From Candidatus Staskawiczbacteria bacterium (GTDB lineage Bacteria > Patescibacteriota > Minisyncoccia > Minisyncoccales > Staskawiczbacteraceae), in NCBI GenBank assembly GCA_041661545.1, contig JBAZUH010000001.1, forward strand, positions 275,877 through 339,876: DNA of 64,000 bases, written 5' to 3'. Below, one piece after another: positions 24,983-34,881 of this stretch (the first letter of the stretch is position 1; every line of letters starts with the position of its first letter). The translations under genes and the position numbers were made by a program. Under the pieces are notes generated by a model that did no database searches, was not told where the DNA came from, and saw nothing but the letters and a program-made list of their open reading frames with translations.

Positions 24983-26734
24983 TTACTCTAAAATTGCCTT
25001 GATTCTTCGGACTCCCGAAGAAGAGCTTTCTTCTTTAATAATTTTAAAATGTCCTAAAACTCCTGTATGTTCAACATGTGGCCCACCACAAATTTCCCTG
25101 CTAGCAATTTCTTTGTCATCACTAACTGTATAAACTTTCACGATTTGGCCATATTTAGATTCAAAAACTCCCATTGCATTTAATTCTTTAGCTTTTTCCA
25201 TTGGCATTTCTTCACAAACAACCGGCATATCTTTTTCTATTATACCATTTACAAAAATTTCTACACTATGTATTTGTTCACTGGTCATTTTTTCAGAATA
25301 TGCAAAATCAAATCTTAATCTTTCAGCTGTAATATTGCTACCTTTTTGTAATACACCATCTCCCAAAACTTTTCTTAAACCAGCCAACATTAAATGGGCT
25401 GCTGTATGCAACTTTGTGGTTTGTTCTGAATGATCAGCCAAACCGCCCTTGAACATACCGGCTGAAGCTGTTCTTGAAAGTTCTTGATGCTTTTCTAATT
25501 CTTTTTCAAACTCCTTAACATCTACTTCTATTCCTTTCTCTTTTGCCAATTCTTTTGTTATTTCAATTGGAAAACCATAAGTTTGAAAAAGATTAAAAGC
25601 ATCTTTGCCCGATAATAAAGAAAGTTTTTCGAATTCTTTTAACCCTTTTTCTAGAGTTTGTTCAAATTTTTCTTCTTCAATATTAAGTTGTCGCACAATA
25701 AAATCTGTCTGCTCTTTTATATCCTTATAAAAATCCGCATATACGTTTAAAACAGAAGGATAAATTTTTGACATAAAATTTCCTTTAATACCTAGCTGTT
25801 TTCCATATCTTATTGCCCTTCTTATTAATCTTCTTAGAATATATCCCCTTCCTAAATTTGAAGGCTCTACCTCGGCAGCCAAAAGAAAAGTTGATGCTTT
25901 AATATGATCGGCAATAATTCTAAATGCTTTTTTATTTTCTTCAGCAATTTTTTGCCCACTCACTTCTTCTATTTTTTTTATAATTGGTAAAAATAAATCA
26001 GTTTCATAGCTATTTTCTTTGCCATTTAAAACAGACAAAGTTCTTTCCATGCCCATTCCTGTATCAACATTTTTTTGTTCAGCTAAATTGTATTTTCCAT
26101 TTTCATCCTTTACATATTGCATAAAAACATCGTTCCATATTTCAACCCAGTTTTTATCTGTGGGGTCAAAAATTTCGGGCGCTGGTGTGTCGTTTAGTTT
26201 CCAATAAAACATTTCTGTATCTGGCCCACATGGCCCGGTTAAACCTGCTGGCCCCCACCAATTATCTTCTTTACCCAAAAAAGCAATACGTTCTTTTTTA
26301 ACTCCTAAACTTTCCCAAATTTTTGCTGACTCTTCATCTTTGGGCGCATTTTCATCACCAGCAAAACAAGAAACAGCCAACCTATTTAGTGGTATTTTAA
26401 GTTCTTTTGTTAAAAATTCAAAAGACATTTTTATGGCTTCGTCTTTCCAGTAGTCATTTAAAGACCAATTTCCTAGCATTTCAAAAAAAGTATTGTGTGT
26501 GTCGTCGCCAACGTCATCAATGTCACCAGTTCTTATACATTTTTGAGCACTAGTTAATCTTGTGCCTTCGGGGTGTTTTTGACCCAACAAATAAGGCACC
26601 AATGGGTGCATGCCGGCTGTTGTAAACAAAACAGTTGGGTCATTCTCGGGTATCAAAGAAGCGCTAGGAATTATTTGGTGCCCATTTTTTTTAAAAAAGT
26701 TTAAATATTTTTCTCTTAATTCAGAGGAATTCAT
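24983..26734 (-). CDS. alaS: alanyl-tRNA synthetase (short form, 583 aa)
   Basis: REKYLNFFKKNGHQIIPSASLIP.NDPTVLFTTAGM N-terminus, and editing-type HTAAHL...CGGPHV motifs near the C-terminus. No C-Ala domain. Confidence 0.9.
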   Translation of the reverse strand: MNSSELREKYLNFFKKNGHQIIPSASLIPENDPTVLFTTAGMHPLVPYLLGQKHPEGTRLTSAQKCIRTGDIDDVGDDTHNTFFEMLGNWSLNDYWKDEAIKMSFEFLTKELKIPLNRLAVSCFAGDENAPKDEESAKIWESLGVKKERIAFLGKEDNWWGPAGLTGPCGPDTEMFYWKLNDTPAPEIFDPTDKNWVEIWNDVFMQYVKDENGKYNLAEQKNVDTGMGMERTLSVLNGKENSYETDLFLPIIKKIEEVSGQKIAEENKKAFRIIADHIKASTFLLAAEVEPSNLGRGYILRRLIRRAIRYGKQLGIKGNFMSKIYPSVLNVYADFYKDIKEQTDFIVRQLNIEEEKFEQTLEKGLKEFEKLSLLSGKDAFNLFQTYGFPIEITKELAKEKGIEVDVKEFEKELEKHQELSRTASAGMFKGGLADHSEQTTKLHTAAHLMLAGLRKVLGDGVLQKGSNITAERLRFDFAYSEKMTSEQIHSVEIFVNGIIEKDMPVVCEEMPMEKAKELNAMGVFESKYGQIVKVYTVSDDKEIASREICGGPHVEHTGVLGHFKIIKEESSSSGVRRIKAILE

Positions 26735-26777
26735 CGTATTTATTATTATACTACAAAAATTAATTTGTTCAAATAAC

Positions 26778-26798
26778 TAAAAACCCCGCTCAGCGGGG
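26778..26798 (-). terminator. intrinsic terminator after tpiA (family-4 type hairpin)
   Basis: The minus strand reads CCCCGC-TGA-GCGGGG followed by TTTTT. Confidence 0.65.
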
Positions 26799-26811
26799 TT
26801 GATAATTTGCT

Positions 26812-27549
26812 TTATTCGGCGGATTTTACTATTTTTATAAATTCTTCGGCATTTAACGAGGCTCCGCCAACTAACAACCCATTTGCTCCGGCTTCTTTTA
26901 TATAAGAACCAGAATTATCACTTTTTACACTACCGCCATAAAGTATTCTTGTGCCAGCTGGGACAAGCGTTCTAATAAATTCTAGAGAAGTTTTAGTTTC
27001 CTCAACACCGCAATTGTTCCCGGTTCCAATTGCCCATACAGGCTCATAAGCGATAATAATTTGTAACGGGTAACCAGTAACGGGTAAATTGTTTAGACCA
27101 ATCTTAATTTGTTTTTCTAAAACTTCATTCTTTTTTCCGGCGTCGTGCTCTTCTTGTGTTTCGCCAATGCAAAAAATAACTTTTAATCCACTATCTAAAG
27201 ATTTTTTAATTTTCTTATTTATAATTTCGTTTGTTTCGCCACCACCTCCAGCCGGACAATGTCTTCGCTCTGAATGCCCAATTATTACATACTCAACTTT
27301 TAAATCTTTTAACATGCCAACCGAAATTTCTCCGGTAAATGCTCCTTTATCTTCAAAAAACACGTCTTGCGCACCCATTGCTACAACGCCTTGTCCAAAA
27401 ATTGAGGCATATAAATAAACAAACGGCGGGCAAACAACAACTTCCGAATTTAACCCCTTAACTCCATCTCTTATAGCCTCAAAGATTTCTTTACCCTCTG
27501 CTTGGGTATTAGGATTCATTTTCCAATTAGCTACAATTAAATTTTTCAT
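26812..27549 (-). CDS. tpiA: triosephosphate isomerase
   Basis: ANWKMN, IIGHSERR and AYEPVWAIGTG motifs. Confidence 0.95.
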   Translation of the reverse strand: MKNLIVANWKMNPNTQAEGKEIFEAIRDGVKGLNSEVVVCPPFVYLYASIFGQGVVAMGAQDVFFEDKGAFTGEISVGMLKDLKVEYVIIGHSERRHCPAGGGGETNEIINKKIKKSLDSGLKVIFCIGETQEEHDAGKKNEVLEKQIKIGLNNLPVTGYPLQIIIAYEPVWAIGTGNNCGVEETKTSLEFIRTLVPAGTRILYGGSVKSDNSGSYIKEAGANGLLVGGASLNAEEFIKIVKSAE

Positions 27550-27570
27550 AATTTTATTATACTATAAAAT

Positions 27571-28317
27571 TTAATCTGTTAAAATTTTAGGACCAGATCT
27601 TGTTATGGCAATTGTATGTTCAAAGTGAGCAGACAAAGAGTTGTCTCTGCTAGCATATCCATAGCCATCATCTGATTTTCTTATATTGTAATCTCCGGCA
27701 GTTACCATTGGTTCAATACAAATTACCATTCCTTCAACTAATGGAGCTCCACTTTGCCTTTTGCCGTAATTTGGAATTTTAGGGTCTTCATGAACTGTTT
27801 TACCAATGCCATGGCCACATAAGTCTCTAACTACTCCAAATCCCTGGTCTTCTACAAATCGCTGTATTGTATTTCCTATATCTCCTATTGTATTTCCAAT
27901 TTTTGCTTTTTTAATTCCCAATCTTAAAGACTTTTTTGTAACATTTATTAATCTTTTTGCCTCATAAGAAACATTTCCAACAGCAACTGTTATAGCAGAA
28001 TCTGTATTAAAGCCTTTATACAAAACTCCTAAGTCTAATTTTACCAAGTCTCCGTCTTTTACAATATAATTAGACGGATATCCATGCACAATATTTTCAT
28101 TTACCGAAACGCAAAGAGCATAGGGGAAACCTTCATAACCCTTAAAAGCAGGCTTGGCGCCTGCATGAGACAAAATAAGAGCCTCGGCGGCTCTGTCTAG
28201 TTCTATGGTGGTAATTCCAGGTTTAACCATTTTTTCTAGGCTTTTAAGCGTAGTGGCTAAAATTTTTCCACCTTCTTTTATAATTTGAATTTCTTCTGGG
28301 GTTTTTAAATCAATCAT
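27571..28317 (-). CDS. map: type I methionine aminopeptidase
   Basis: Pita-bread fold motifs (VHGYP, DLGV..KGF..D, GHGIG, EPM) and spc-operon position. Confidence 0.95.
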   Translation of the reverse strand: MIDLKTPEEIQIIKEGGKILATTLKSLEKMVKPGITTIELDRAAEALILSHAGAKPAFKGYEGFPYALCVSVNENIVHGYPSNYIVKDGDLVKLDLGVLYKGFNTDSAITVAVGNVSYEAKRLINVTKKSLRLGIKKAKIGNTIGDIGNTIQRFVEDQGFGVVRDLCGHGIGKTVHEDPKIPNYGKRQSGAPLVEGMVICIEPMVTAGDYNIRKSDDGYGYASRDNSLSAHFEHTIAITRSGPKILTD

Positions 28318-29009
28318 TTATTAAGGACATTCATAATATCTTTATGAACATCAGAAACTGTTTGCTCACCATTTACTTTATTTAAAATTAAGCCGTGTTT
28401 TTCAATAATCTCTATTACTGGATAGGTTTCGCTTTTAAAAACTTCTAATCTTTTTTTAATTGTTTCTACGTCATCTAAACCTTTTCTTTTTATTAAATCA
28501 GAACCATCTAATGGGCATACTGTTAAACTCTCTGTTTCTGAACTAAATAAAATTGAATGTCTAGCTAGTTCACAAATTTTTCTGTGAGAATTTCTTTGTA
28601 TAGTTACTTCTGGAGAAATTTCAAGCATTACAAACTTTATATTTTCTAATCCATAAAGCTCTTTTAAAAGAGGTGCTTCTTTTTCAGCTTCATAAACAGT
28701 TCTTGGTGAACCAGAAAAAATAATAGATTTGCCTTCTTTTGCTAGCTCTTTTATTTTTTCTACCATTAAATTAACAACAAATGGTGGGCTGTTTAAAAGG
28801 CCCGTGCTCCATCTTATTTTTTCATCGGCAACTTTAAATTTTTCTCCGTCAATTTCAAAAACTTTTTCTGGACTTTCTTTTTCAAAACATGCCTCTATTA
28901 TTTTACTTGATTCAAAATGATAATAACCTGTTTTTCCTGACAAAATTTCTGCTTGAGTTCCTTTGCCAGATCCAGGTTGTCCAAATAATATAACTACTTG
29001 TTTTGACAT
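28314..29009 (-). CDS. adk: adenylate kinase
   Basis: P-loop FGQPGSGKGTQA. Canonical position between secY and map. Confidence 0.85.
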   Translation of the reverse strand: MSKQVVILFGQPGSGKGTQAEILSGKTGYYHFESSKIIEACFEKESPEKVFEIDGEKFKVADEKIRWSTGLLNSPPFVVNLMVEKIKELAKEGKSIIFSGSPRTVYEAEKEAPLLKELYGLENIKFVMLEISPEVTIQRNSHRKICELARHSILFSSETESLTVCPLDGSDLIKRKGLDDVETIKKRLEVFKSETYPVIEIIEKHGLILNKVNGEQTVSDVHKDIMNVLNK

Positions 29010-29053
29010 AATGATTTTGTCCCGCTGAGCGGGATTAGTGTACGCTTCGCTCC

Positions 29054-30331
29054 CTAAAAGGTTTCGTATTCGCGCATTTGAAGTTGCGCATTAATTTGTC
29101 TTACTGTATCTAAAACAACACTAACAACGATTAAAAGAGATGTTCCTCCCACTAAAAATGCAAATCCTGTTACCCCAGTCACACCGGCAATAATTGATGG
29201 CAAAACAGCTATTAATCCTAAAAACATTGCACCAGTAAATAAAACTCTATTTAGAATATGTTTTATAAAATCAGCTGTTGATTTGCCTGGTCTTACACCT
29301 GGCACAAAACCACCCATTTTTTGAAGATTTTCAGAAATTGCTTTTGGATCAAAAGTTACTGCTGTATAAAAATATGTGAATACAACAACTAATATAAAAT
29401 ATAAAGCTCCATGAATCCAAACATTGTTAAAAAATAAGCCAATGTTTGTAGCCACGCTTCCAACCATTCCTGCATATGTACCAAAATAACTAGCAATCAT
29501 TCCCGGAAACAAAAGTATAGACATAGCAAAAATAATTGGAATAACTCCGGCTGGGTTAACGCTTAATGGCAAATAAGTTGAAGTTCCCCCATACATTTTC
29601 ATACCCCTAACTCTTTTTGCATAAGAAACTGGAATATTTCTACGAGCTTCTGTAATTAATACAACTCCGGCAATTATAACTATTGCAAGTATAAAAAATG
29701 CTATATAAGAAGGTATTTGTGCTGGACTGTAAGAAGAAAACATTTGGAAAATACTTATTGGAATTCCAGCAACTATACCAGCAAAAATTAATAAAGAAAT
29801 ACCATTTCCCATGCCCTGCTCAGATATTATTTCACCAATCCACATTAAAAACATGGCTCCAGCAGTAATTGTTAAAATAGCTGAAATCATTATTGGGAAA
29901 GAAAGACCTGTTATAATTCCTTGTTTTGCAAAAACCACAAGCATACCATATCCTTCTAGCGCAGCTAGAGGAATAGTAAATAATCTTGAATATTGATTAA
30001 ATTTTTGTCTTCCTGATTCTCCTTCTTCTTTATATAATCTTTCAAGTGCAGGAAAAATCATTGTTAAAAGCTGAAATATAATAGTTGCTGTAATATAGGG
30101 CCCAAGTCCTAATAAAACAATTGAAAAATTACTTAGAGCTCCTCCTGTAAACAAATTTAAAAGACCAAAAACCTGATTTTGGTCAAAGAATTTTCTTAAA
30201 TTTTCAGATCCTATTCCTGGTATTGGTATGTTTGCTGCTAATCTAAACACAACAAAAAGAAAAATTACAAATAGAAATTTTTTTCTTAATTCTTTATTTT
30301 TAAAAAGAAATAATATTTTTTCGTACCACAT
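29054..30331 (-). CDS. secY: preprotein translocase subunit SecY
   Basis: 10-TM profile, GGALSNFSI.LLGLGPYITA motif, and operon position. Confidence 0.95.
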   Translation of the reverse strand: MWYEKILFLFKNKELRKKFLFVIFLFVVFRLAANIPIPGIGSENLRKFFDQNQVFGLLNLFTGGALSNFSIVLLGLGPYITATIIFQLLTMIFPALERLYKEEGESGRQKFNQYSRLFTIPLAALEGYGMLVVFAKQGIITGLSFPIMISAILTITAGAMFLMWIGEIISEQGMGNGISLLIFAGIVAGIPISIFQMFSSYSPAQIPSYIAFFILAIVIIAGVVLITEARRNIPVSYAKRVRGMKMYGGTSTYLPLSVNPAGVIPIIFAMSILLFPGMIASYFGTYAGMVGSVATNIGLFFNNVWIHGALYFILVVVFTYFYTAVTFDPKAISENLQKMGGFVPGVRPGKSTADFIKHILNRVLFTGAMFLGLIAVLPSIIAGVTGVTGFAFLVGGTSLLIVVSVVLDTVRQINAQLQMREYETF

Positions 30332-30336
30332 AGTTT

Positions 30337-30471
30337 AGTGAGGCAAAAGTAATTTTAATAAGCGAGACAATAAACTTTTTGTAGTTTCTGGTCCACTTGC
30401 CCGAAGAGGCAAAGGGGGCTACCAGCTACGGAAAAAAGTTTATTGTCGAGCGAAAAAATTTATTACCAAGC
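30337..30471. repeat. family-1 nested palindromic element
   Basis: AGTGAGGCAAAAGTAATTTTAATAAGCGAGACAATAAACTTTTTGTAG...CTACGGAAAAAAGTTTATTGTCGAGCGAAAAAATTTATTACCAAGC. Fills the rplO-secY spacer. Confidence 0.85.
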
Positions 30472-30474
30472 TGT

Positions 30475-30906
30475 TTATTTGATACTACCTCCGGCTTTTT
30501 CAATTGCCTCTTTAGCAGACTTTGATAGTTGACAGTTCTCTACAACTAATTTTTTAGTAATTTTTCCAGTTCCTAAAATCTTCACTTTTGGAGATCTTCC
30601 TTTTATTTTACTAATAAGACCCTTTTTAATCAAATTTTCTGGGTTTATGGTTTCTCCATCTTTAGAATTTTTTTCTAAAACATCTAAATTTACTACTGCA
30701 GAATAGTCATCTACTCTAAAACTTCTATATCCCTTTAATTTAGGATATCTTTTGATTAGTTCTCTAATAATAGGCACCATTTTTCTTCCTGCTCTAGATT
30801 TTTGACCCTTTGCTCCTTTTCCAGAAGTAGTTCCCTTTTTTCCACCCCTACCAATTCTTTTTTTGGTTCTATTTTTATGTTTTGGTTGTAATTCGTGAAG
30901 TTGCAT
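30475..30906 (-). CDS. rplO: 50S ribosomal protein L15
   Basis: LHELQP....KKRIGRGGKKGTTSGKG.KGQK.R pattern. Confidence 0.95.
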   Translation of the reverse strand: MQLHELQPKHKNRTKKRIGRGGKKGTTSGKGAKGQKSRAGRKMVPIIRELIKRYPKLKGYRSFRVDDYSAVVNLDVLEKNSKDGETINPENLIKKGLISKIKGRSPKVKILGTGKITKKLVVENCQLSKSAKEAIEKAGGSIK

Positions 30907-30934
30907 ATAATTTATTCTCTTCTTAATAATTCTT

Positions 30935-31543
30935 TTACCTTGGCTTGTGAGCTTTTAATTTTTTTAAAGCTTCTATGGTAGCTCTAGCATTATTTAATTT
31001 ATTTTTTGAACCTGAAAGAATTTTAGAAGAAATATTTTTAATTCCAGCTAATTCGCAAATGCTTCTAACAGCTCCTCCTGCAACCAATCCCATACCTTTT
31101 TTTTGTGGTTTTAATAAAATTACTGCTGGTCCAGATTTTGCCATAACTTCATGGGGAATTGTGCCGTCTACAATAACAACGCTTACTAGGTCTTTTTTAG
31201 CACGTCTAGTAGCCTTTTCTACAGCCTGAGATACATCTTTACCTTTATCTATACCAATGCCTATTTTGCCCTTTTTATCTCCAGCTACAACAACGGCTCT
31301 AAAGCTCATTCTTTTACCTCCACCAGTAACCCTAGTAACCCTAGCTAAATCTAAAAGCTTTGTTTGGAAGTCATCTTTTGGTGCATCTCTGCCAACTCCA
31401 GCTCTATTAAAGCCGGGCTTTCTGGCTCCAAAACCACCACCTCTTTGACCTCTAAAACCAGCGCCTGCTTTTGGAGCTGGTGTTTCTCCTGTAGGAATTG
31501 GCGTAAATCCGTCGTTTGTTTTATTTTTTATTTCTTCTGTCAT
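30935..31543 (-). CDS. rpsE: 30S ribosomal protein S5
   Basis: RVTRVTGGGKRMSFRAVVVAGD..G.IGIG.GK pattern. Only 28 nt separate it from rplO, so there is no rpmD. Confidence 0.95.
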   Translation of the reverse strand: MTEEIKNKTNDGFTPIPTGETPAPKAGAGFRGQRGGGFGARKPGFNRAGVGRDAPKDDFQTKLLDLARVTRVTGGGKRMSFRAVVVAGDKKGKIGIGIDKGKDVSQAVEKATRRAKKDLVSVVIVDGTIPHEVMAKSGPAVILLKPQKKGMGLVAGGAVRSICELAGIKNISSKILSGSKNKLNNARATIEALKKLKAHKPR

Positions 31544-31567
31544 TTTTTTTAAATTATAAATTCTTTT

Positions 31568-31933
31568 TTAAAATTTAAGTCCTGCTTCTCTTGCTCCATC
31601 GGCTAGTGCTTTTACTCTACCATGAAAAAGGTTTCCACCCCTATCAAAAATAACTTCTTCAATTTTGCTTTCTTTAGCCTTTTCTGCTATTAATTGTCCA
31701 ACTTGTTTTGATATGTCAGATTTTTTTAAAGTTTCTTTTTTTAATTTTAAATCTTTATCAGAAATAGTTATCAAAATTTTATTTTTATCGTCATCAACTA
31801 ATTGAGCATAAATGTGTTGATTTGATTTAAACACAAAAAGTCTTGGCCTATCTTTTGTGCCATGCATATTCATTCTTATTTTCTTGTGTCTTCTAATTCT
31901 TTTTTCTGTTTTTATTGACATAATAATTTTCAA
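31568..31933 (-). CDS. rplR: 50S ribosomal protein L18
   Basis: RRHKKIR....GT..RPRL.VFKSN.HIYAQL.DD pattern. The start may be the internal ATG at 31921. Confidence 0.95.
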   Translation of the reverse strand: MKIIMSIKTEKRIRRHKKIRMNMHGTKDRPRLFVFKSNQHIYAQLVDDDKNKILITISDKDLKLKKETLKKSDISKQVGQLIAEKAKESKIEEVIFDRGGNLFHGRVKALADGAREAGLKF

Positions 31934-31936
31934 TTA

Positions 31937-32485
31937 TTACTTACTTGATGCTACAACCTTTTTACCTTCTTTTCTTCTAATTTTTTCTCCTTGATATTTT
32001 ATTCCTTTTCCTTTATATGGCTCTGCTTTCTTTTGTTTTCTAATTAAAGCAGCTATATGTCCAACTCTCTCTTTGTCTATGCCAGAAACTGTTATTACAT
32101 TCTTTTCTACCAAAAAATTAACTCCATCTACTTTTTTTATTCTAATAGGATTTGTAAATCCAACATTCAAAACTATAAAATCTCCATCAACATTAGCCTT
32201 AAAACCAACCCCTTCAATTTCTAGTTTTTTTTCAAAACCCTTGCTTACGCCTTCAACCATATTAGATATTAAAGCTCTATATAAACCCCACAATCCTCTA
32301 CCCTTTTTAGAAAGTTCTGTTTTGGGAGCAACTAAAATTTGGTTGTCTTTTACTTCAACCTTAATTTCGTGGTGTATAGCTTGCCTCAACGCTCCCCTTG
32401 GTCCCGAGACTTTTATCTCTGTATTAGTTATCTCTGTTTTTACACCTTCTGGAATTTCAATTGGTTTTTTACCTATGCGTGACAT
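31937..32485 (-). CDS. rplF: 50S ribosomal protein L6
   Basis: MSRIGKKPIEIPEGV.....V.V.GP.G pattern. Confidence 0.95.
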   Translation of the reverse strand: MSRIGKKPIEIPEGVKTEITNTEIKVSGPRGALRQAIHHEIKVEVKDNQILVAPKTELSKKGRGLWGLYRALISNMVEGVSKGFEKKLEIEGVGFKANVDGDFIVLNVGFTNPIRIKKVDGVNFLVEKNVITVSGIDKERVGHIAALIRKQKKAEPYKGKGIKYQGEKIRRKEGKKVVASSK

Positions 32486-32507
32486 AACCTTTAATTTTTA
32501 ATTTTAA

Positions 32508-32897
32508 TTACCAAATATTACAAATAACCTCCCCTCCTAATTTTTTATATCTTGCATCTTTATTTGTCATAAGACCTTTTGATGTTGATACTATAGATAT
32601 TCCGTATCCTCCTCTAACCTTTTTTATATCGGCAAACCCTTGATAAATTCTTTGTCCTGGTTTTGAAACTCTTTTGAAACCCTCTATTGCTGGCAATTCA
32701 TCATTATATTTTAAAGTAATTTTTAATATCTTTAATTTTCCTTTTGTAGTTTTTTTTATTTCTCCAACAAAACCTTCTTTAAATAGAATAGTGGCAATTT
32801 CATTCTTAATTTTAGACAAAGGAATCAAAACCTCTGTTTTTGCAACAGCTTGGGCATTCCTTATTTGATTTAACATGTCTGTAATTGGGTCTGTCAT
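32508..32897 (-). CDS. rpsH: 30S ribosomal protein S8
   Basis: DPITDMLNQIRNA pattern, C-terminal GGEVICNIW. Confidence 0.95.
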   Translation of the reverse strand: MTDPITDMLNQIRNAQAVAKTEVLIPLSKIKNEIATILFKEGFVGEIKKTTKGKLKILKITLKYNDELPAIEGFKRVSKPGQRIYQGFADIKKVRGGYGISIVSTSKGLMTNKDARYKKLGGEVICNIW

Positions 32898-32905
32898 TTT
32901 ATATT

Positions 32906-32996
32906 GTAACGGGAAACCTGTAACCGGTAACCCGTAATAATTGAATTATTTTTATATATTTTTACTGGTTACTCGTTACTTATTACTGGTTACCAG
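32906..32996. repeat. family-3 GTAAC-rich inverted repeat pair
   Basis: Left arm GTAACGGGAAACCTGTAACCGGTAACCCGTAA, AT-rich spacer, right arm TTACTGGTTACTCGTTACTTATTACTGGTTACCAG. The right arm overlaps the rpsN stop codon. Confidence 0.75.
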
Positions 32997-33175
32997 CTGC
33001 TTTTTTTAATTCCTGGAATTTCACCTTTATTTGCCAATTCTCTAAAACAAATTCTGCAAAGACCAAAAGCTCTCATAAAACCGTGCCTTCTTCCACATTT
33101 AAAACAGCGCCTAATCTTTCTGCTGGGATACTTGGGTTTCATTTTTGCTTTTGCTTCTTGTGATGTTTTTGCCAT
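32990..33175 (-). CDS. rpsN: 30S ribosomal protein S14 type Z (zinc-binding)
   Basis: 61 aa with CFKCGR..G....[10 protein letters not shown]. Confidence 0.95.
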   Translation of the reverse strand: MAKTSQEAKAKMKPKYPSRKIRRCFKCGRRHGFMRAFGLCRICFRELANKGEIPGIKKSSW

Positions 33176-33176
33176 G

Positions 33177-33740
33177 CTATTTTGTTTCCTTTATCGGAAA
33201 GCCTAATAATTTATATAATTCTAAACCTTCTTCTTTGCTTTTTGCATTTGTAACAACTGTTACTTCAAATCCAAAAATTGTTTTTTCTTTTTCTGTAAAA
33301 ATTTCTGGAAAAAATATATGTTCTTTAAATCCAATAGATAAATTCCCGTTTCTGTCAATTGATTTAGGATCAAGGCCTCTAAAATCTCTAGATCTTGGCA
33401 AAGAAAGATAAATTAATCTTTCTAAAAAATCCCACATTCTTGTTTTTCTTAGCGTAACTACAGCTCCAATTTCTAATCCTTCTCTTAATTTAAATCCGGC
33501 AATTGATTTTTTAGCTTTAACTAGGTTTGTTTTTTGTCCGGCAATTAAGCTTAAATCTTGCATTATAAAATTACAAATCTTTTCTCTTTCTGAACCAGAT
33601 TTTCCAACAACAGCCTTACCAAAAGAGCTGTTTAAAACCACCTTCCTTATTGAAGGAACAGCCATTTTATTCTTGTATCCCAATTTTTTCATCATCTCTG
33701 GAACTACTTCTTTATTGTATTTTTCTTTTAAGCTTTGCAT
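33177..33740 (-). CDS. rplE: 50S ribosomal protein L5
   Basis: L5 pattern and spc-operon position between rplX and rpsN. Confidence 0.95.
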   Translation of the reverse strand: MQSLKEKYNKEVVPEMMKKLGYKNKMAVPSIRKVVLNSSFGKAVVGKSGSEREKICNFIMQDLSLIAGQKTNLVKAKKSIAGFKLREGLEIGAVVTLRKTRMWDFLERLIYLSLPRSRDFRGLDPKSIDRNGNLSIGFKEHIFFPEIFTEKEKTIFGFEVTVVTNAKSKEEGLELYKLLGFPIKETK

Positions 33741-33749
33741 AATAAATTT

Positions 33750-34055
33750 TTATATTTCTTGTTTGCACTTTTTACAAACTCTTTTTTTGCTGTCTTGCTC
33801 AACTGAATAACCTACACGCGTTGCTTTTCCACATTTTGAACAAATTATCTTTACATTAGATATATCTAAAGGGGCGGGAATTTCAACAACTTGGCCTTTT
33901 TCACCTTGTTTTTTAGGTCTTACGTGTTTCTTTTTAAGATTAATTCCTTCAACTAAAACTTTAAGATCTCTTGGTAAAGATTTTATCACTTTTCCTGTTC
34001 TACCCTTGTCTTTTCCTGCTGTTATTAAAACTGAATCTCCTTTTTTTATTTTCAT
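33750..34055 (-). CDS. rplX: 50S ribosomal protein L24 with C-terminal zinc ribbon
   Basis: KIKKGDSVLITAGKDKGRTGKV KOW motif. C-terminal CSKCGK...CKKCKQ. Confidence 0.95.
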   Translation of the reverse strand: MKIKKGDSVLITAGKDKGRTGKVIKSLPRDLKVLVEGINLKKKHVRPKKQGEKGQVVEIPAPLDISNVKIICSKCGKATRVGYSVEQDSKKRVCKKCKQEI

Positions 34056-34083
34056 AACTTTATAAACTTTATAACTTGAAACT

Positions 34084-34452
34084 TTATAACAACTCGCTAG
34101 CCATCATGGCTATTGTTCCAAAACCTTTTTCTTTTAATTCTTTTGCTATAGGGCCTAAAATTCTGCTACCCTTAGGCTCTTTTGCGTCTCCTAAAATTAC
34201 TGCTGCGTTATCATCAAATCTTATGTAAGAACCATCTGCTCTTTTAAATTCTTTTCTTTGTCTTACTATTACAGCCTTAACTTTTTCGTGTTTTTTTACA
34301 GTTTTTCTTGGTTCTGCTTTTTTCACTGCAGCAACAACAATTTCTCCTAACTGAGCGTATCTTTTTCTTGTTCCACCAGGCACATTAATAACTTGGATAA
34401 TTTTTGCTCCAGAATTATCTGCCACTTTTAACATTGATCTTGGCTGTATCAT
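34084..34452 (-). CDS. rplN: 50S ribosomal protein L14
   Basis: MIQPRSMLKVADNSGAK pattern. Confidence 0.95.
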   Translation of the reverse strand: MIQPRSMLKVADNSGAKIIQVINVPGGTRKRYAQLGEIVVAAVKKAEPRKTVKKHEKVKAVIVRQRKEFKRADGSYIRFDDNAAVILGDAKEPKGSRILGPIAKELKEKGFGTIAMMASELL

Positions 34453-34458
34453 AATTTT

Positions 34459-34692
34459 TTAAACTTTCTTAATTACTACCCAATTTTTATCTTTTGAAAT
34501 TGGCTTTGATTCTTCTATTACAACTTTATCTCCCACATGATATTCTTGATTTTGGTCGTGGGCTTTATATTTTTTGTGACTTTTATACTTTCTTTTATAT
34601 TTAGGATGTTCTTTAATGCTCTCAACCTTAACAACAACAGTTTTCTGCATTTTATCTGATACCACAATTCCTTGTAATAATTTCTTAGGCAT
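34459..34692 (-). CDS. rpsQ: 30S ribosomal protein S17
   Basis: L.G.VVSDKM.KTVVV.V......PKY.K...... pattern. Confidence 0.95.
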   Translation of the reverse strand: MPKKLLQGIVVSDKMQKTVVVKVESIKEHPKYKRKYKSHKKYKAHDQNQEYHVGDKVVIEESKPISKDKNWVVIKKV

Positions 34693-34876
34693 TGTCTTTT
34701 TCTTTAATTAAGGTTAATATTCTTGCTTTTTCTTTCTTTAAATTATTAATTTCTTTAACGTTTTTTAATTTACCAGATGAAAATTTAAATCTAAGATCGC
34801 TTAGCTTTTTTGCAAGATCATGAACGTTTCTTTCTAATTCTTTTTTATCTTTTTTTCTTAGTTCTAATACTTTCAT
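34685..34876 (-). CDS. rpmC: 50S ribosomal protein L29
   Basis: 63 aa with ELRKK....L......L...L..LRF pattern, between rplP and rpsQ. Confidence 0.9.
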   Translation of the reverse strand: MKVLELRKKDKKELERNVHDLAKKLSDLRFKFSSGKLKNVKEINNLKKEKARILTLIKEKDNA

Positions 34877-34881
34877 AATAA

